A stretch of DNA of 64,000 bases from the human T2T-CHM13v2.0 reference genome, Homo sapiens. A program made the position numbers and the translations under genes. The notes beneath the pieces are model-generated. The model saw only the letters and a list, made by a program, of their open reading frames with translations, searched no databases and was not told the origin of the DNA. Shown one piece after another: positions 41,485 through 55,790 of this stretch (the stretch's first letter is position 1; each line of letters begins with the position of its first letter). The stretch lies in the NCBI RefSeq assembly GCF_009914755.1, contig NC_060938.1; one strand, written 5' to 3'.

Positions 41485-41700
41485 GAGTAGGGATTTTTAA
41501 AAGGAAGCTAAGGGTGATTACACAAGTTGTTTTGAAAGACTTATCACTCATTGGTGGAGGTGGCTGGCATAGTGCATAAGTCCATAATTCATTATTTGTT
41601 GCTATTCAGGAGTCACAGCAGTGGTGAAATCCACCTGTTTTCCAGGATGTTGTGGTTGTGGCAGTTTTTCCCAGTTCAAGGGTTCACGACAAGTTCCTGG

Positions 41701-41813
41701 TCCCCTCCCCTCCCTTCCCCTCCCCTCCCTTTCCCTCCCCTCCCCTGCCTTCCCCTCCCCTCCCCTGCCTTCCCCTGCTCCCCTCCCCTTACTTTCCCTT
41801 TCCTTCCCCTCCC
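41701..41813. repeat. (TCCCC)n-like polypyrimidine repeat
   Basis: 'tcccctcccctcccttcccctcccc...'. Confidence 0.95.
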
Positions 41814-44329
41814 TTTTTTGCTTTTCTGGTAGAATTGCAGATCGTGTCAGTAGTCCTTTTCAGGATGGCTTCCTGACCTCCTGATTCAATTTTCGAGCTC
41901 TGAAACGGTGTCATTTTGTAGATCACATTTCAACCAACAAACAAACCAATACAAAAATCAGTCATTTCTTGGTGTGACCTACTTCACATATATGTAAATT
42001 TTAGAGCCAAATAATTTCATTTTGAAACTGTCCTCTCATCAAAATTTCTAGTTTATATAGACTTTGACGTGCAGGACATCGTATATTGTCTGAGTTTTGT
42101 TAAGTACCATTATATCGACAGACTTTAGATTGTAAAGCAGATGCTTGACCTCTTTAGAGCTTCCATGGGTTAGAAATGTTAGTAATCTATACAGCCCTTG
42201 CTTGTCTCGTTTGCCTGTCAGCTGGTGTTTAAGCCATTGCTCCTTACTAGCTCTTGATGTGTTCTTAGAGAAGGAAGTTTTGCCGACCTGAAATTACAAA
42301 TGCAAAGAAGCACCAGATACAACATCACATAGTTTAGAATAAAGCCTTTTTTTTTTTAAATCCTGTATTTGGGATTACCAAGTCAGTTTCCCCTTGTTTT
42401 ACACCAATCAATTAAAAGCCAAATACTTTGGTTTGGGGCTACACTAATTAACATTCTTGTCTATCCAAGTGCAATTCTGCTCATTCTTTATAAGAGCAAC
42501 CTGATTTAGTCTAAGTTAAACGCAATATATTTAGGGAAGATATCTACTTATCTTCCTCCTCTCTTTTCTCCTAACCATGAATGATACGCCTTGATTCATC
42601 TGGCCATGCAATTCCACATTTCCAGTGATGGTGAAGAGATGATCTGCTGGTGCAAATGAAACTCGAGACAGCCTGCTGAAGGCTTCTGGGAGGATTATTC
42701 TTCTTTATAGGAAAGAAGAAAAGTGAAGAGAGGAAATGGGAGAGAGAAAAAGAAAGATGTGAGGAGAAATTACTATTTCTACCTTCTTGTTCTTCCCTTT
42801 TTCTCCTACATTTTTCTTCCTTGGATAGTGGGCCTAGCATCATCTAACTGGTGAATTAGCCAATCCAAGGATACTCCTCCTTTTGCACATCTTGTCATGT
42901 GGTTTTTGTTGTTTGTGTTGTTATTGAAACCAAAAATATGGTTTATATGGAGACATAATATTTAAAGACCAATCAAAAGTTAAGAGCTTCAATGTCTGCA
43001 CAATTTATCTGTGACAAACGTTCAAAGGTTTATGAAGCATAATGCAGAGGAATAGACTTTTCTTACAACATATAAAGGCTGGCCTTATATAAATCTACCA
43101 TACAAAAGAATTATTCAGGCTACATTAGTCTAAAATACAGAACAGTTTACCCCCTGCGTGATGCCATAGTGTTTGACTCATGCTTTTATTACAGAACTCA
43201 TCAAATGTTTTTATAAAGAACAATATCTGTGTCTGTCTTCCTTGCTAGTCTGTGAGCTACTTGATATTTTTATATCTGAAGTATCCTTCATATGGTGTAT
43301 ACTCAGAAATTGTTGAATGAAGCTGAAAAGTGTAATACATATATACATATAATACAAAAGTTATGTACATATATATGTAACTTTTTGCAGCCTTTTCCCT
43401 CCCCAGTTTTAATTACTCATAAGAGACAGGAGATAGTGCCTAGAATTAACTAATATGTATACACACATGTACACATATAAATGTATATATTCAGTGTTAT
43501 TGCTTAAGCCCCACTTTATCTTCTTTTGGAATTTAGTAGGCAAGGATTGGAACTCTTCATTTTGATGAAGCCATGGGCATTTTTGTTGATCACTGACTTT
43601 TAAGAACTCCTTGATTTAGCAATACGAAATAAAGAAGCGAGGATAAATTGATTGCAAAGCTCTAGATTGTTTCTACTAATATCTTAATTGAGAAATAGAA
43701 GGATTCTCAGTAAACAAATGCCATTCTTTCTAGCGAATCTGATGAATTCTAATGCAAACAACTACAACAAATTCAGTAGCCTCAAAAGACATTCCAACAG
43801 GCCTCTGGACCCTTCTGATTTTCTTTATTATCTTGTTCACTTTCACATCATTTTCACTCAGCATGCGCTCAATTCAGTCTCATTTTAATGGATTTCCAGT
43901 TGGGAAAGTATAATATTCAGAGCTATCAGAAGCAGGTCCTTTCAGAGATACGGCTGTGGGAAGGTTTCATTTATCATTCCCTAATCATTGAAATATCAAT
44001 GAGAATGACTTAAAGTCCAAGTGACAGTTATACTTTCTGTGTCTCTTCAGGGCAAAGTGAACTGAAACTCCATTAGAGAAGAAAATAAGGGCCATTCTCA
44101 GCCAGGGAGTTCATTACCATGATATTTTTCTGTGATGCTTCTAAATTGTTTTTGTGGCTGGACTTGAATTCATAAGCTCTTTATACAGCTCTAGTTCACT
44201 TTAGTTATTTCAAATCATTTCTAGCATAAGGATCTCAGTGAAGGCCCACAAAATATATTCAAATAAATGAAAAGTTTTGGTTACACTGTTTTATTCAAAT
44301 ATATACCCCCTAGGGAATTTTAATAAAGA

Positions 44330-44560
44330 TAAACTAGAGAACGCAGCCTTTACGTGGAAACGAATATAGTCATTGTGATTAGTTTCCTGACTCCACAAAA
44401 CAAGTTACTTATAGTTTTCAGATCCTCAATGTTCTCATCTGAAAAAAAGGGTCATACTATTTATTTTAGAAGATCATTTTGAAAACAAAGAGAAAATACC
44501 TACAAAGAATTTTTTGGTAGGTGATAAGTATGTACTTCATAAAAGTAAGCTAAATATTAA
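44330..44560 (+). mobile_element. MIR fragment
   Basis: MIR core-like 'caagttactt...cctcaatgttctcatctgaaaaaaaggg'. Confidence 0.6.
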
Positions 44561-44996
44561 TATTTAGACTGTTTTAAAATAATTTGGTGGACCTTCCATA
44601 TTCCAGGTGGATACATGACTGTATTTTTGTAGGCTGTGTGAGTAAATTTATTAAAAGACCAATCATTATTGGGTAACTCTTTAAATACTCTGAATTATCT
44701 GATAATAATTTTTTTGGTTAAAGCTAGTTAATGAGTTCATTCCTCTATTTTTATTGAAATTGTGATTATCCTTAGCAAACATACTACTTTTTGAGCTATG
44801 GGTTATAGAAATATATGAAGATAGATCTCCTGACCTCACAGTTTATAAACATAACAAAAAAAAACATATAAAATAGTTGTATATAAGTAGTAAATAAACT
44901 AATAGAGAAGTAAAGTTAGATACAATTAAATATAATAAAAGACTTAATGGCATATCTCCTGCAAGTGAGGGAATCACTAAACAGAAAGTATGTATT

Positions 44997-45290
<294 letters not shown>

Positions 45291-45469
45291 CAGAAAGGAC
45301 ATATTATTGTTCAATTAATTATTTATTGAATTCTTAGCAAAAGTTAATCTGTTAAGATATTATTGAGAATCTTCAAAAAAGATTACAAACCAATGTGCAG
45401 TAAAGGAGTGATACACAGATTAAAATGAGTACATTGAACTGTATAAAAATTAAAGAAAATAGGAAATTT

Positions 45470-46390
45470 GAAAAAATATTTTAATATATATGGTAGATAT
45501 TGGAACAAGAAAACTTTTAAGAAACAATAAAAACAATACATTTTTTAAAAAAAGCTCTGAAAGACAAGTGGCCAGAGGTCATAAATGAAAGACTTATCAA
45601 ATAAGTCATAAAATGTAAAATTAATCACATGAAAAATTTCAAACTATATAATAAAATAGCATTCTATTTTACCTATTAAACTAATAGACACATTTATTTT
45701 AATAATAATATCATATATTAATGAAGGCTCAAGGTAAAAGGAAGCGTCACAGATTTGGTAGGTGAGATAAAATTGCCCTTTATGAAAAAAATTAATTAAT
45801 GTTACCAAATTACTTCATATTTTCATCCTAGTCCAAGCAATATCAAATGTAAGAATTCTTTCCAAGCAACTTACTGTGATTGTTTCCAAGGTATCTTATT
45901 CTTAAAGGTGTTCATTATACTGTCATTTAACAATGGAAAGGTGGAATTATTAGAAATATATTTGAGGCAGGTCTATTAAGTTCAACCTTAGGGAGATCAG
46001 CAATACACAGAAACTATAATATAAATAGGTACTCCCAGAATTTTGCAAATAGTGGTTCTGATCTTAAAGACTACTTATATAAATTATATTTAATATATGT
46101 ATATATATATATACACACACATATATAGGCACACATAATACAAATTGCTACTGATAAAAATATTCTTAACAATATGAAAATGTATGAATGATCTATGAAA
46201 TGAAAAAGAAGCAGTTTACGAGGTAATAGACATTTAATTTAAAAATGAAATAAATACACATAAAACACACACTTCCAGTATAAAAATCTAAAAATAGATA
46301 CATATAACTTTTTAAAACATGGGTGCTAGATTTGTTTTACTTATGATTGTCTTCATTGTTAGGTGAATATTCTATTCATATAAAATTCTT
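45470..46390 (+). mobile_element. Ancient L1 (L1ME-type) 3' remnant
   Basis: A-rich; 'attttacctattaaactaatag', 'tttggtaggtgagataaaattg', 'aaaggtgttcattatactgtcattt' resemble the decayed L1 ORF2 C-terminus. Confidence 0.5.
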
Positions 46391-47730
46391 AAATTATGAA
46401 AGCCAAAACAAGTGGTCATAGAGAGGAGCATAAAATAATCCAAATATGTAGCTTTTTTCTTATCTACACTACAGATAATGAACTTGGAATTAGTACAATA
46501 TCAATTGGAATGAAAATAGGATATGTGTGAGAAAGATTATTCTGAAATATCCTCTTATAAATGTATAAGATAATCTAGAGTTGGCAATCTACAGATATAT
46601 AATTCCTTGTTACAGCATGTTATGAGTTTTCCCTAGAACTTGCCAGGAGTTCACTGGAATCCAAAATAGAACACGTCAATCTATAATGGTTTTCTTTTTT
46701 TTTTTTTTTTTAATTCTGCGTACTGACATGTTGTCAGGTCAGCCTGGGTGAATATTTTAAGTCTATTTACATTTTTAGAAGAGACGAAACTAGAATTCTA
46801 CATTCTTGTGTTGCCTGAAAGGTTAATATTCCAAGTTCACCACCTCAGCTTACAGATAACAGAGGCTCTTGTTCAATCCAATCAGTGTGCAAATTCTATT
46901 ACCTTTGATGTAGTGGTGTCACAGAGGTAGAGACCCTCACTGAATAAAATTTCCCCAAGGGGATCTCAATTAGTCTTCTCAGAAAGCCCTAATAAAAGTC
47001 AAAGAAGAATTCTCTAATTGTAAATTTAAATCCTCCTGACAAGCCCTTCAAATATAAGAGGTTGTGTTTCCTTATGCTTTAGGATCATCACCATTTCTCT
47101 CAGTCTTCAAGTTACCCGTCTCAAAACATACAAGTGTCTCTTGGAGTTAGTTTTATTTGAATGAACATTTTTATAAGGCGATAACCTAAGAATCTCATTT
47201 TTCTCCAGGTGCCATTGCCCACCCCTGCCCCTAAACCCACCCCCAAAACATACACACAGACTTCATATGCCAAACAGTTTAAATTTTCTTTGCTTGAGCA
47301 TCTATAATTCACTGGAAAAACAGTACTGCAAAGCATACTTCCCTTTTATTTTAGAGCATGATGAGATATTGCAGTAAAACTCTATGTTTGGTATTTCTTT
47401 TATACAAGTACTTTTTTGAGGACGGTAAAACCTGAGCTGGAACACAAATATACTTTGTAATGTAGGAAATAACCTTGATACAATGGTAGTGTCCAAGTAC
47501 ACTGTCAAACAAACTATCCTAGAGTCACAAGACAGAAACACTCAACAGACAGAAATAAAATGCTGTTGTTTATGATTTATTTAACCCAGTTGAAATATAT
47601 GCTAAGATAATGTAGGTGAAAAAAGATGAGCTAAGCTAGCATATGTAAGGTACAATACAAACAGAGCAGAAGGGTCCCACGACCTGAATCGTGGGTTATA
47701 CAATGCTCAGATGTCCTGTGTCTCTGATAG

Positions 47731-48076
<346 letters not shown>

Positions 48077-48897
48077 TGAGAGATAGAAAGGCAGTCAAGT
48101 CAGTCTGGTCAGAGCTGTAGCTCACCAATTAGCTGGCCAAGCAGCACTGAATTTTGTGTGCTTTTTAGGGAGGGGACACTTGGCACCCGATTAGAGATCA
48201 CCAATGGGAGCTTAATTAAAACCTCCTGATCATTGTGTGCCTCATGTGCCTTATTTCTATTTAGTGCATCGTAAATATTCAGTGCCTTAGGTGCCTCATG
48301 TATGTTTAATGCCTGATGACAGTAGGAGCCTCTGATATTTAGTGTTGCATGTATATTAAGTATCTCTTTGTCCTTTCCTCTCCTTCTATGTTCACATATA
48401 TGTTCTATGCAATTACTACTTATCTGTTCTAAATCATCTTATTCCTATCTATCTTTTTGTCCTCTATAGCAAGCTTGAATATTCACAAGCAAACACAACA
48501 TAGGCACATTACAGATTAAAAATAATATTTGTATTTGCTCTATGCCAAAATATAATAAAAGGCTTCTTTTTCTCAAAAGTATCTTAAAATGTAATGAGAA
48601 TATTTTGAAGTCTTTATAGTATAGTACTTTCTAAATTTTGCTTTCTGTTGGACAACAAAACCTTGTTTGGTGAAAAAAATTGCCAGAAAAAATATAAAGT
48701 AGCATTAGTTTGATGTATTTATGAAGTTTATCTGAAAAATGTGTGTTCGTATGTGTATATACATTACATATATAGAGAGAGATGTGGATGATTCAGAACA
48801 GCTTAGCATTTAGTAACAATTCTGATTATTGGGGGAGTGACATCTGTATGAGATGTCAATCTAACTCTATTTTTTTAACAGGCTTTACAAAGAAATA

Positions 48898-48937
48898 TTA
48901 GGTTGGTGCGAAAGTAATTGTGGTTCTTGCCATTTAA
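48898..48937. mobile_element. One-armed MADE1 / solo Hsmar1 terminal inverted repeat
   Basis: TA + 'ttaggttggtgcgaaagtaattgtggttcttgccatt' + 'taa' + TA; matches the MADE1 arm ttaggttggtgcaaaagtaattgcggtttttgccatt at 34/37. Confidence 0.9.
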
Positions 48938-49714
48938 TACAAGTCCTTTCATTCCACAGATCACAAATATACAACTACAGGGTGAATGAGGGGGTAATGT
49001 CAACATATTTTGCTAATGAGAATTCATATATTTGAACAAAAATTATTAGTAGCAACATCATACACGGTTTTTAAAATGCTGTATCTCCAAAAATTTTAAT
49101 AAAATTAGAGATATTGTGCTTGGAACAACAGTGATAATAAAATTTAAAAAATGGTTATAGTTCAGATGAAAACGTCAGTGTCCGTTGTCCAAGATTCACA
49201 TTAAAAAGTTAAAAAAAAGTTTTATAATCTGAAACTATCAAAATAATTCCAAATTATGGCATATAAGTTGTGATCTTATACATTTTTTAAAGACTAGAAT
49301 AAATATTATAAGTGAACATTTGACGATTTCATCTGCATTCTTAACGTTTATATTCCAGTAATAAAAATGGGAGATACCTTCATATTCAAGCTCACCTTAA
49401 AAATCTACTATCACAGCTATTATAAGAGTAATACCTAATCATTATAGAACTTGAGAATAATATAAAAAAATAGCTTCTGAAAGTGTTTTCACCCATTAGT
49501 AAATATCAATATTTTGCAGATATTTTTCTAACCCTATTTACATTTATAAAATTGATATCAAATTTGTGCATATGTATATATATGCATGTGTATATCTATA
49601 TACGTATTTAAATAATACATTTTCTCCATTTAATGCAACTGGTAATTAAGTTCATCTTGTGTAAAGATAAGGCCTTACATCTTACCACAAACAAATCATA
49701 AAAATGTAGTTTGG

Positions 49715-50108
<394 letters not shown>

Positions 50109-52449
50109 TTATTGCTGTCAATATGATTTGATTAAACATTTTTCTGGATAACTTTTTGTCATATGTACTTTTATATTCTAGGCAAAAAAAAGTATTACAA
50201 TTTTGCTAAATACATAAAACATTTATTTCAAAGTTTTTATGAATAGCAATATTTGTATCTCAAAAATATTATGCTAAATGTCCTCAGGAAATTTCAGCAA
50301 ATAAATTTGCTGCTGATAATATGTGTTCTGTATCTAAAAAATTTGAATATATATATTTTTAAATATCAGAATATAGGCTGCACTTTCAAGTGGTTATACT
50401 ACCAATCCTAAAATTAAAAAACAACTCTACTCATCAGTTTAATTTTAATGCACACAAATTACAGACCAAGTAATAATAATCCTTCTCTGAACGTTACTTT
50501 TTGTTAGGAATTAGATCCATCTCCAAACGCCATTGTTTTGTTCCATATTATTAGCCTCAGGCTACACATAAACATGTGTCCCCAAGATTTATAAAAAGTG
50601 CTGAAAACTCCCACTATCCTCCAAACACATACCAGTATACACCTCATCTGGGGAGGTATAAGCGTCAATAAGCATTTAGCCTCTCAGAAATAAATACCTG
50701 TAACTGTTACTTTAAAACCCACAATAGCATGAGATTTGGGAATAAAGGAGAAGGAATATGTTAAAAATCGGTGCCCTCCCTTTTCCATTCCAGGAGTCTA
50801 AAATCATCAGTATATCCATGTCAAGGATTATTGTCTCTGACTTTTGGCCATGAAGCAATTCTGAACATCATTAAACCATCATACATTCTGGCACAACTGC
50901 CATTGTCTGCTCCAACAAGGCCCGGAGATGAAAAAAACTAAAACTTAGGTCACTGATGCTTCTAATAGAGAAGGCAGAGGGAGCTGTAAAAAATGCTTTT
51001 CTGCCATGTGACTAGCCTGTGTGGCAGCCACTGATATTGTTTATCAAGGATGATTCTCAAGGGTGTTCAGAAAACGAAGTGACATTTCGGATATTTAATC
51101 AGCCTCTTGCACTGCCGAAATGAGTTAGAAACTGCTCAAGGACTTTCTCAACTGTTTGCAAGGAAAACCAAAATTTTTCTTATAAATGTGGAAGGTATGA
51201 ATCATCCATGGCAGATGCTTTGTAAGGAGCTTCTCTGACAACTGCTACTGTAATGCCAAAGTAATTGTTCCAGTAACAATTCCACAACACGGCAAGTAGT
51301 TTGAAACTTGCAGTTTTTCTAAGGAAGTTAAAAGTGGAATTGGCTCATTTGGTTTGATCAAAAGAATCAGAGCATAATGTTCATTTCTGTAGTACAATGA
51401 CATATGTTCATCTCTCCAATTCTCTCTCGCCCCCATCAAGGTGTTGGATATTCCTTTGTGAAAAGAAAGTAAGTGTAAAAACTCATACCAATAATTGCAT
51501 GAAGCCATGGGTTACTCCTCTTTACCTCGATCTCCCATCAAATACAAATGTTTAAATCAGTTATTAGTGAAACTGGAGTAGGCAGTAAAATAGGGTTAAA
51601 ACCATAAATTGATGTTAGATTCCTACAGTTCTCAAATCGGCCACTGCTAAATCACGAAACACTGAAAAAATGTAGAATTATGCTTAACAATGGTATCCCG
51701 GTCTTGTGATTAATAGAATTAAGTTTCTGTACATATAGCATCTTTAAAATCGTGTCTGCTCATAGAAGGTGCTCAATCAGCATTTTCTGTTTAATTAGTG
51801 AAGTTTATATTGAATTAGCTAGTTTTGCAGCTTTGGAAATGTGTAGTTTAGGGAGTGGATGAGTTTCATTCTGCTGTTCAGTCTACAATCTTAGTGAACT
51901 GTATAAAAATTACTAAGCAATTATAGCATAACCACTCAAGAAATGTAAGTAGATAGAATCATTAAATCAACATATCGAAGATTTGAGCCAGCCTGACCTG
52001 ACATGGATGATCTGTCACACAATCATATATCTGCAACAACTACGGGTGTGCAAAAGTCCGACATAGCCTGATATTGAACCAACTATTGCTACATATGCTG
52101 TGTTTATAAGCAGCTGAGAAAATGGTAACCTTACATGCTGGTATTTTTATAGTTATGATTATTGGGCTGGCTTATTATAACTCAAAATAATATAAATGTC
52201 ATAACAAACATCAAGCCACAAGGAGCAAAGATCCAGGTGATTAATCAGTATTGCTGCACACAGGCCAGTTACAATTTGTTCAGTTCTCAGTATTAGAAAT
52301 TCATCAGTCTATGAATTAATATTTATATTTTTTAATGGAGCACTTTCCAAATATTTAGCTTCTGCCAGTTGATAATAATGTTGGGGAAAATGTTGGTAGC
52401 ACAATTTCCCACCAAACAGCTAACAATCTTGCTAAAAATGTGTGTTTGA

Positions 52450-52693
52450 CCACATGTTCTCCCTCATAAGTGGGAACTGAACAATGAGAACACATGGACA
52501 CAGGGAGGGGAAGATCAAACACTGGGGCCTGTTAGGGAGTGGGGGGCTAGGGGAGGGATAGCATTAGGAGAAATACCTAATGTAGATGACAGGTTGATGG
52601 GTGCAGCAAATCACCATGGCATGTGTGTACCTATGTAACAAACCTGCACGTTCTGCACATGTACCCCAGAACTTAAAGTATAATAACAATAAT
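52450..52693 (+). mobile_element. 5'-truncated L1PA (L1PA7-like) 3' end
   Basis: L1PA 3'UTR with G-rich tract; perfect 14-bp TSD aaatgtgtgtttga (52436-52449 / 52694-52707). Confidence 0.96.
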
Positions 52694-52789
52694 AAATGTG
52701 TGTTTGAGACACCTGCCTGATACCTAGTTCAGAAAAAGAAAAAAAAAAGTTCTACCCCCATCTTTGCTTAAATCTTAGATCTACCATTA

Positions 52790-53830
52790 AATAAAGTCTT
52801 GCCAGAAGTTCTTACATATTATTAGAGAATGACAGTAAAATTAAGACATTTTTGGACAAACAAAAATCGAGATTTATTACTCTTACAAATTCAATAATTC
52901 AAGCACCAAAGTTGTCAACATAAGAAATTTGACACAAATGGAAGAATGTAATCTTTCCTCAAATAAATGGATCATCAAATAAATTGGTAAACAATATAAA
53001 TGAATCCAAATAATCCTTAACAGTAAAATGATGTGAAAATAGCCACAATGACTCTATTGAGGTTTAAACAGAAGATGAGGTGAAAATATTAGACAACAGT
53101 AGCATGGATAATGAGAAACTGTAATTCAAAATAACCTGTAACAATCACCCTGTATTGTTTGTAAAGGTGAAAATAGTATTTAATTGTAGGTATTAATACT
53201 TTTGATAATTGCAAAATAATTTTTTTGACATTATAGCCAACTATCACAAGATTTGACAAAAAGTATCCTCCTAGAAAAAATAAGTCTGAATGAAAATTAA
53301 GTAGGTATCTATCTACAAAGATATGGGTTATCGCAAAACATCTTAGAAATGAATCATATTTATCTTCTATAATTTTAAATATAATTAATGTTGAATCAAT
53401 TTAGAACCTTTTTATGGCTGAAAAATAAAAATAAATATATAGAATTTTATAACATTTATAAAAATAGTCCAAATACATAATTTCATATACTTGTATCAAT
53501 TTTAAAAGGAAGGACGGGCTGTTCATGTTATTTGGGTATTAGGAACTTAAATTTTACAGAATTTTCTAAATTAAAGTTATTAATTTATAGTTTATATTTG
53601 AACTCATTTTTTTGATTCCTTAAAACACATACACATACAAACACTGAAGACTCACTTGTAAAAACTAATCAAGATTAAAAACAAACTTTTTAAAGGTCCA
53701 CTTGATAAATACCAAATATCACAATTATTTGAAAGAAGAAAACTAAAGGTCTATACATTTACTCAGGGATTCTAACATTACCCAGAGGATAGTTTTAACA
53801 TTGGAAATATAGCTGTTGTCCCCAAATACT
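52790..53830 (+). mobile_element. Ancient L1 remnant (ORF1 end into ORF2)
   Basis: 'aaattaagacatttttggacaaacaaaaatcgagatttattac' resembles the L1 ORF1 3' part; A-rich and heavily decayed. Confidence 0.5.
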
Positions 53831-55614
53831 GTGTTAGAGATGAAAAGCAGATTAACAAATATCTTCAATGCCAGAGTAAACACTTGTTTTTTATATTTGG
53901 GTAAGATACCTAGTCTTTCAGGGAGTGTATGTAACTGATACATAGGCACATTATCCAAGTAATTACAATGATATTGAAAAATGTATTTCTAGATATAGAC
54001 AGAAAAGGGCAATGTAGCTGAAGGCTGACTTTAAGAAACTTATAACCAATGCTGTGATAATAGTTGGCAAAGTCCTCTAAAGAAAAAGCAATTTGTTGCC
54101 TTTTGTAAAATCTGGTGAAATGTTTTAGTTACTGATTCAAAGAAAAGCATATGGAAAGTCAGAGGGAGTGAGGGAGGGAAAGTGGCAAGAAAAGAGAGAG
54201 GAAAGAAAAAAATTCATAAGAATAGCAGCTGTCTTCCAGTTTTTGTTGCTTTTTTTTTCACTTGCCTCCCAATGAAAGCACAGAGTACTAATGAGAGTAT
54301 TTAGGATTACTCTATCAATGCCCCACAGGAAGGGAGGCACGAGGTCCTCTTCTGTATGGCCAGTGTGCCTAGGCGCGCTCTATGTGTACTTCGTTACATG
54401 ACACTGTCTCCAAACCTAATAGAATGGCTACAGAGCCACAGAAGCTGGTTTAAGGAGACAACCTGATTTGCTTCACATTCCACTCTTGCTAGTAATCAAA
54501 AGCAGCAACACCCTGTAAAAGCTCAAGGGAAGGGAACTACTGAAACGCCGAGCTACTAATACCTCTGAAAGGACATGCTCCAGTTGGGATGCATTCCCAG
54601 GAAAGCAGCTGACATTTGTGATTCTCACTTTAAGCTATATTTACTTATTAAATATATTGAGTTTTCCATGGAGAACTCAAGAAACCTCACATAAGAAGCA
54701 AAAAATCACCCCTTTAGAGTGATTTTTAGGGCCTGACAAAAAGCAACTGGCTAGGAAACACACAAGACTGAGCTCCCAAATGAGAAAGTGATGCCCTTCT
54801 GAGACATGGTTAAAATGAACATTAAGAGAAGTTATCTTTACTGAAACCTGAAGCATCTCTCTTGTACCACTTTATCTTACCACCTTTTCAGTTAGAAAAA
54901 AATATGCTAATCATTGCTCCAGCCTGCATTCTCACAAAAAGGGGGATAAAGCCCCTTCTACAACCACCCTATCCCAAAAACTCATCAGTCTTTTTCTGAA
55001 TTGTTTTTCCTTTGGCATTACATTTAGGCTGCTCTTTAGCCCTTTCTTTGCCACCCATCCTATTTAAGAAGTGTTCTAAGGCCCCTACAATCCTTTGTAT
55101 GTGGGTATTTTGTTACATTGACTTTGAGGTTTTTTAAATGGCTTATATACATTACTTTGGGGTATATAAAAAAATGTGAAAACTTCCTCAACTATTGTTC
55201 CCATCACTTTGTGCCAAAGCTAAGATGGTGGTTCTACTATTCATTCAACAAACATGTTACAATTAAAGACAAAGCAATCTTACGCTGGATGAAAGCTGGG
55301 TGAGGTATTTTCTGTGAAAATATAAACTATAGTTCTTGTGCCCCCCAAATGGACATGGTCTTGTGGGAAGAAGACTCCCAAATGGACAAAAAGAAACCAA
55401 AACAGTAATATAAGACAGGCTATCATGAGTATATTTTATGTCAAAGTGAATATAAGTGTATAAGCATTCATAATACAGACAAATATTTATTTGCTTGGGT
55501 CATCAGGAAAAACATCTTTAAGAAGTTAGTATAGGCAAGAAGGTTCAATAAGTCGAGAGATTTCTTATATTATTTGAACTGTGAACCAAAATAAAACAAA
55601 TATTTTTGGGACCA

Positions 55615-55790
55615 GGTCCTGTGCCAGGCACCCTATACATGTTCTGATTAAATATCATTATCAACCATATGAAGTAGCATTAACTAATTTTATGTACATG
55701 AAGACTAGGCAAAAGGGATAAATAACATATCAAGTATCAATCCCTCATAACTGGAAGAATTGCCAGTTGAATTTAGGTCAGTATTCTTCA
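55615..55790 (-). mobile_element. MIR fragment
   Basis: 'tgtgccaggcac...caaccatatgaagtagcatt...ttgaatttaggtcagt'. Confidence 0.55.

Larger units (their letters stand above)
41032..41932 (-). mobile_element. ERV1-class solo LTR (MER67-like, tentative) containing an Alu and a CT-rich expansion
   Basis: TG...CA termini; right end 'gagctctgaaacggtgtcattttgtagatcacatttca' and 'ttgggagacacagattcag' resemble the MER67 group; no clear TSD. Confidence 0.55.

Noticed and set aside
41551-41884. Three overlapping Pro-rich ORFs
   Set aside because: Translations of the (TCCCC)n repeat.
48898-48937. miR-548-family hairpin
   Set aside because: Only one MADE1 arm is present, so no stem-loop can form.
54701-54727. 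9-bp stem hairpin (also 29456-29475 and the imperfect AT palindrome 43356-43385)
   Set aside because: Short AT-rich inverted repeats are expected by chance in 64 kb of AT-rich DNA.
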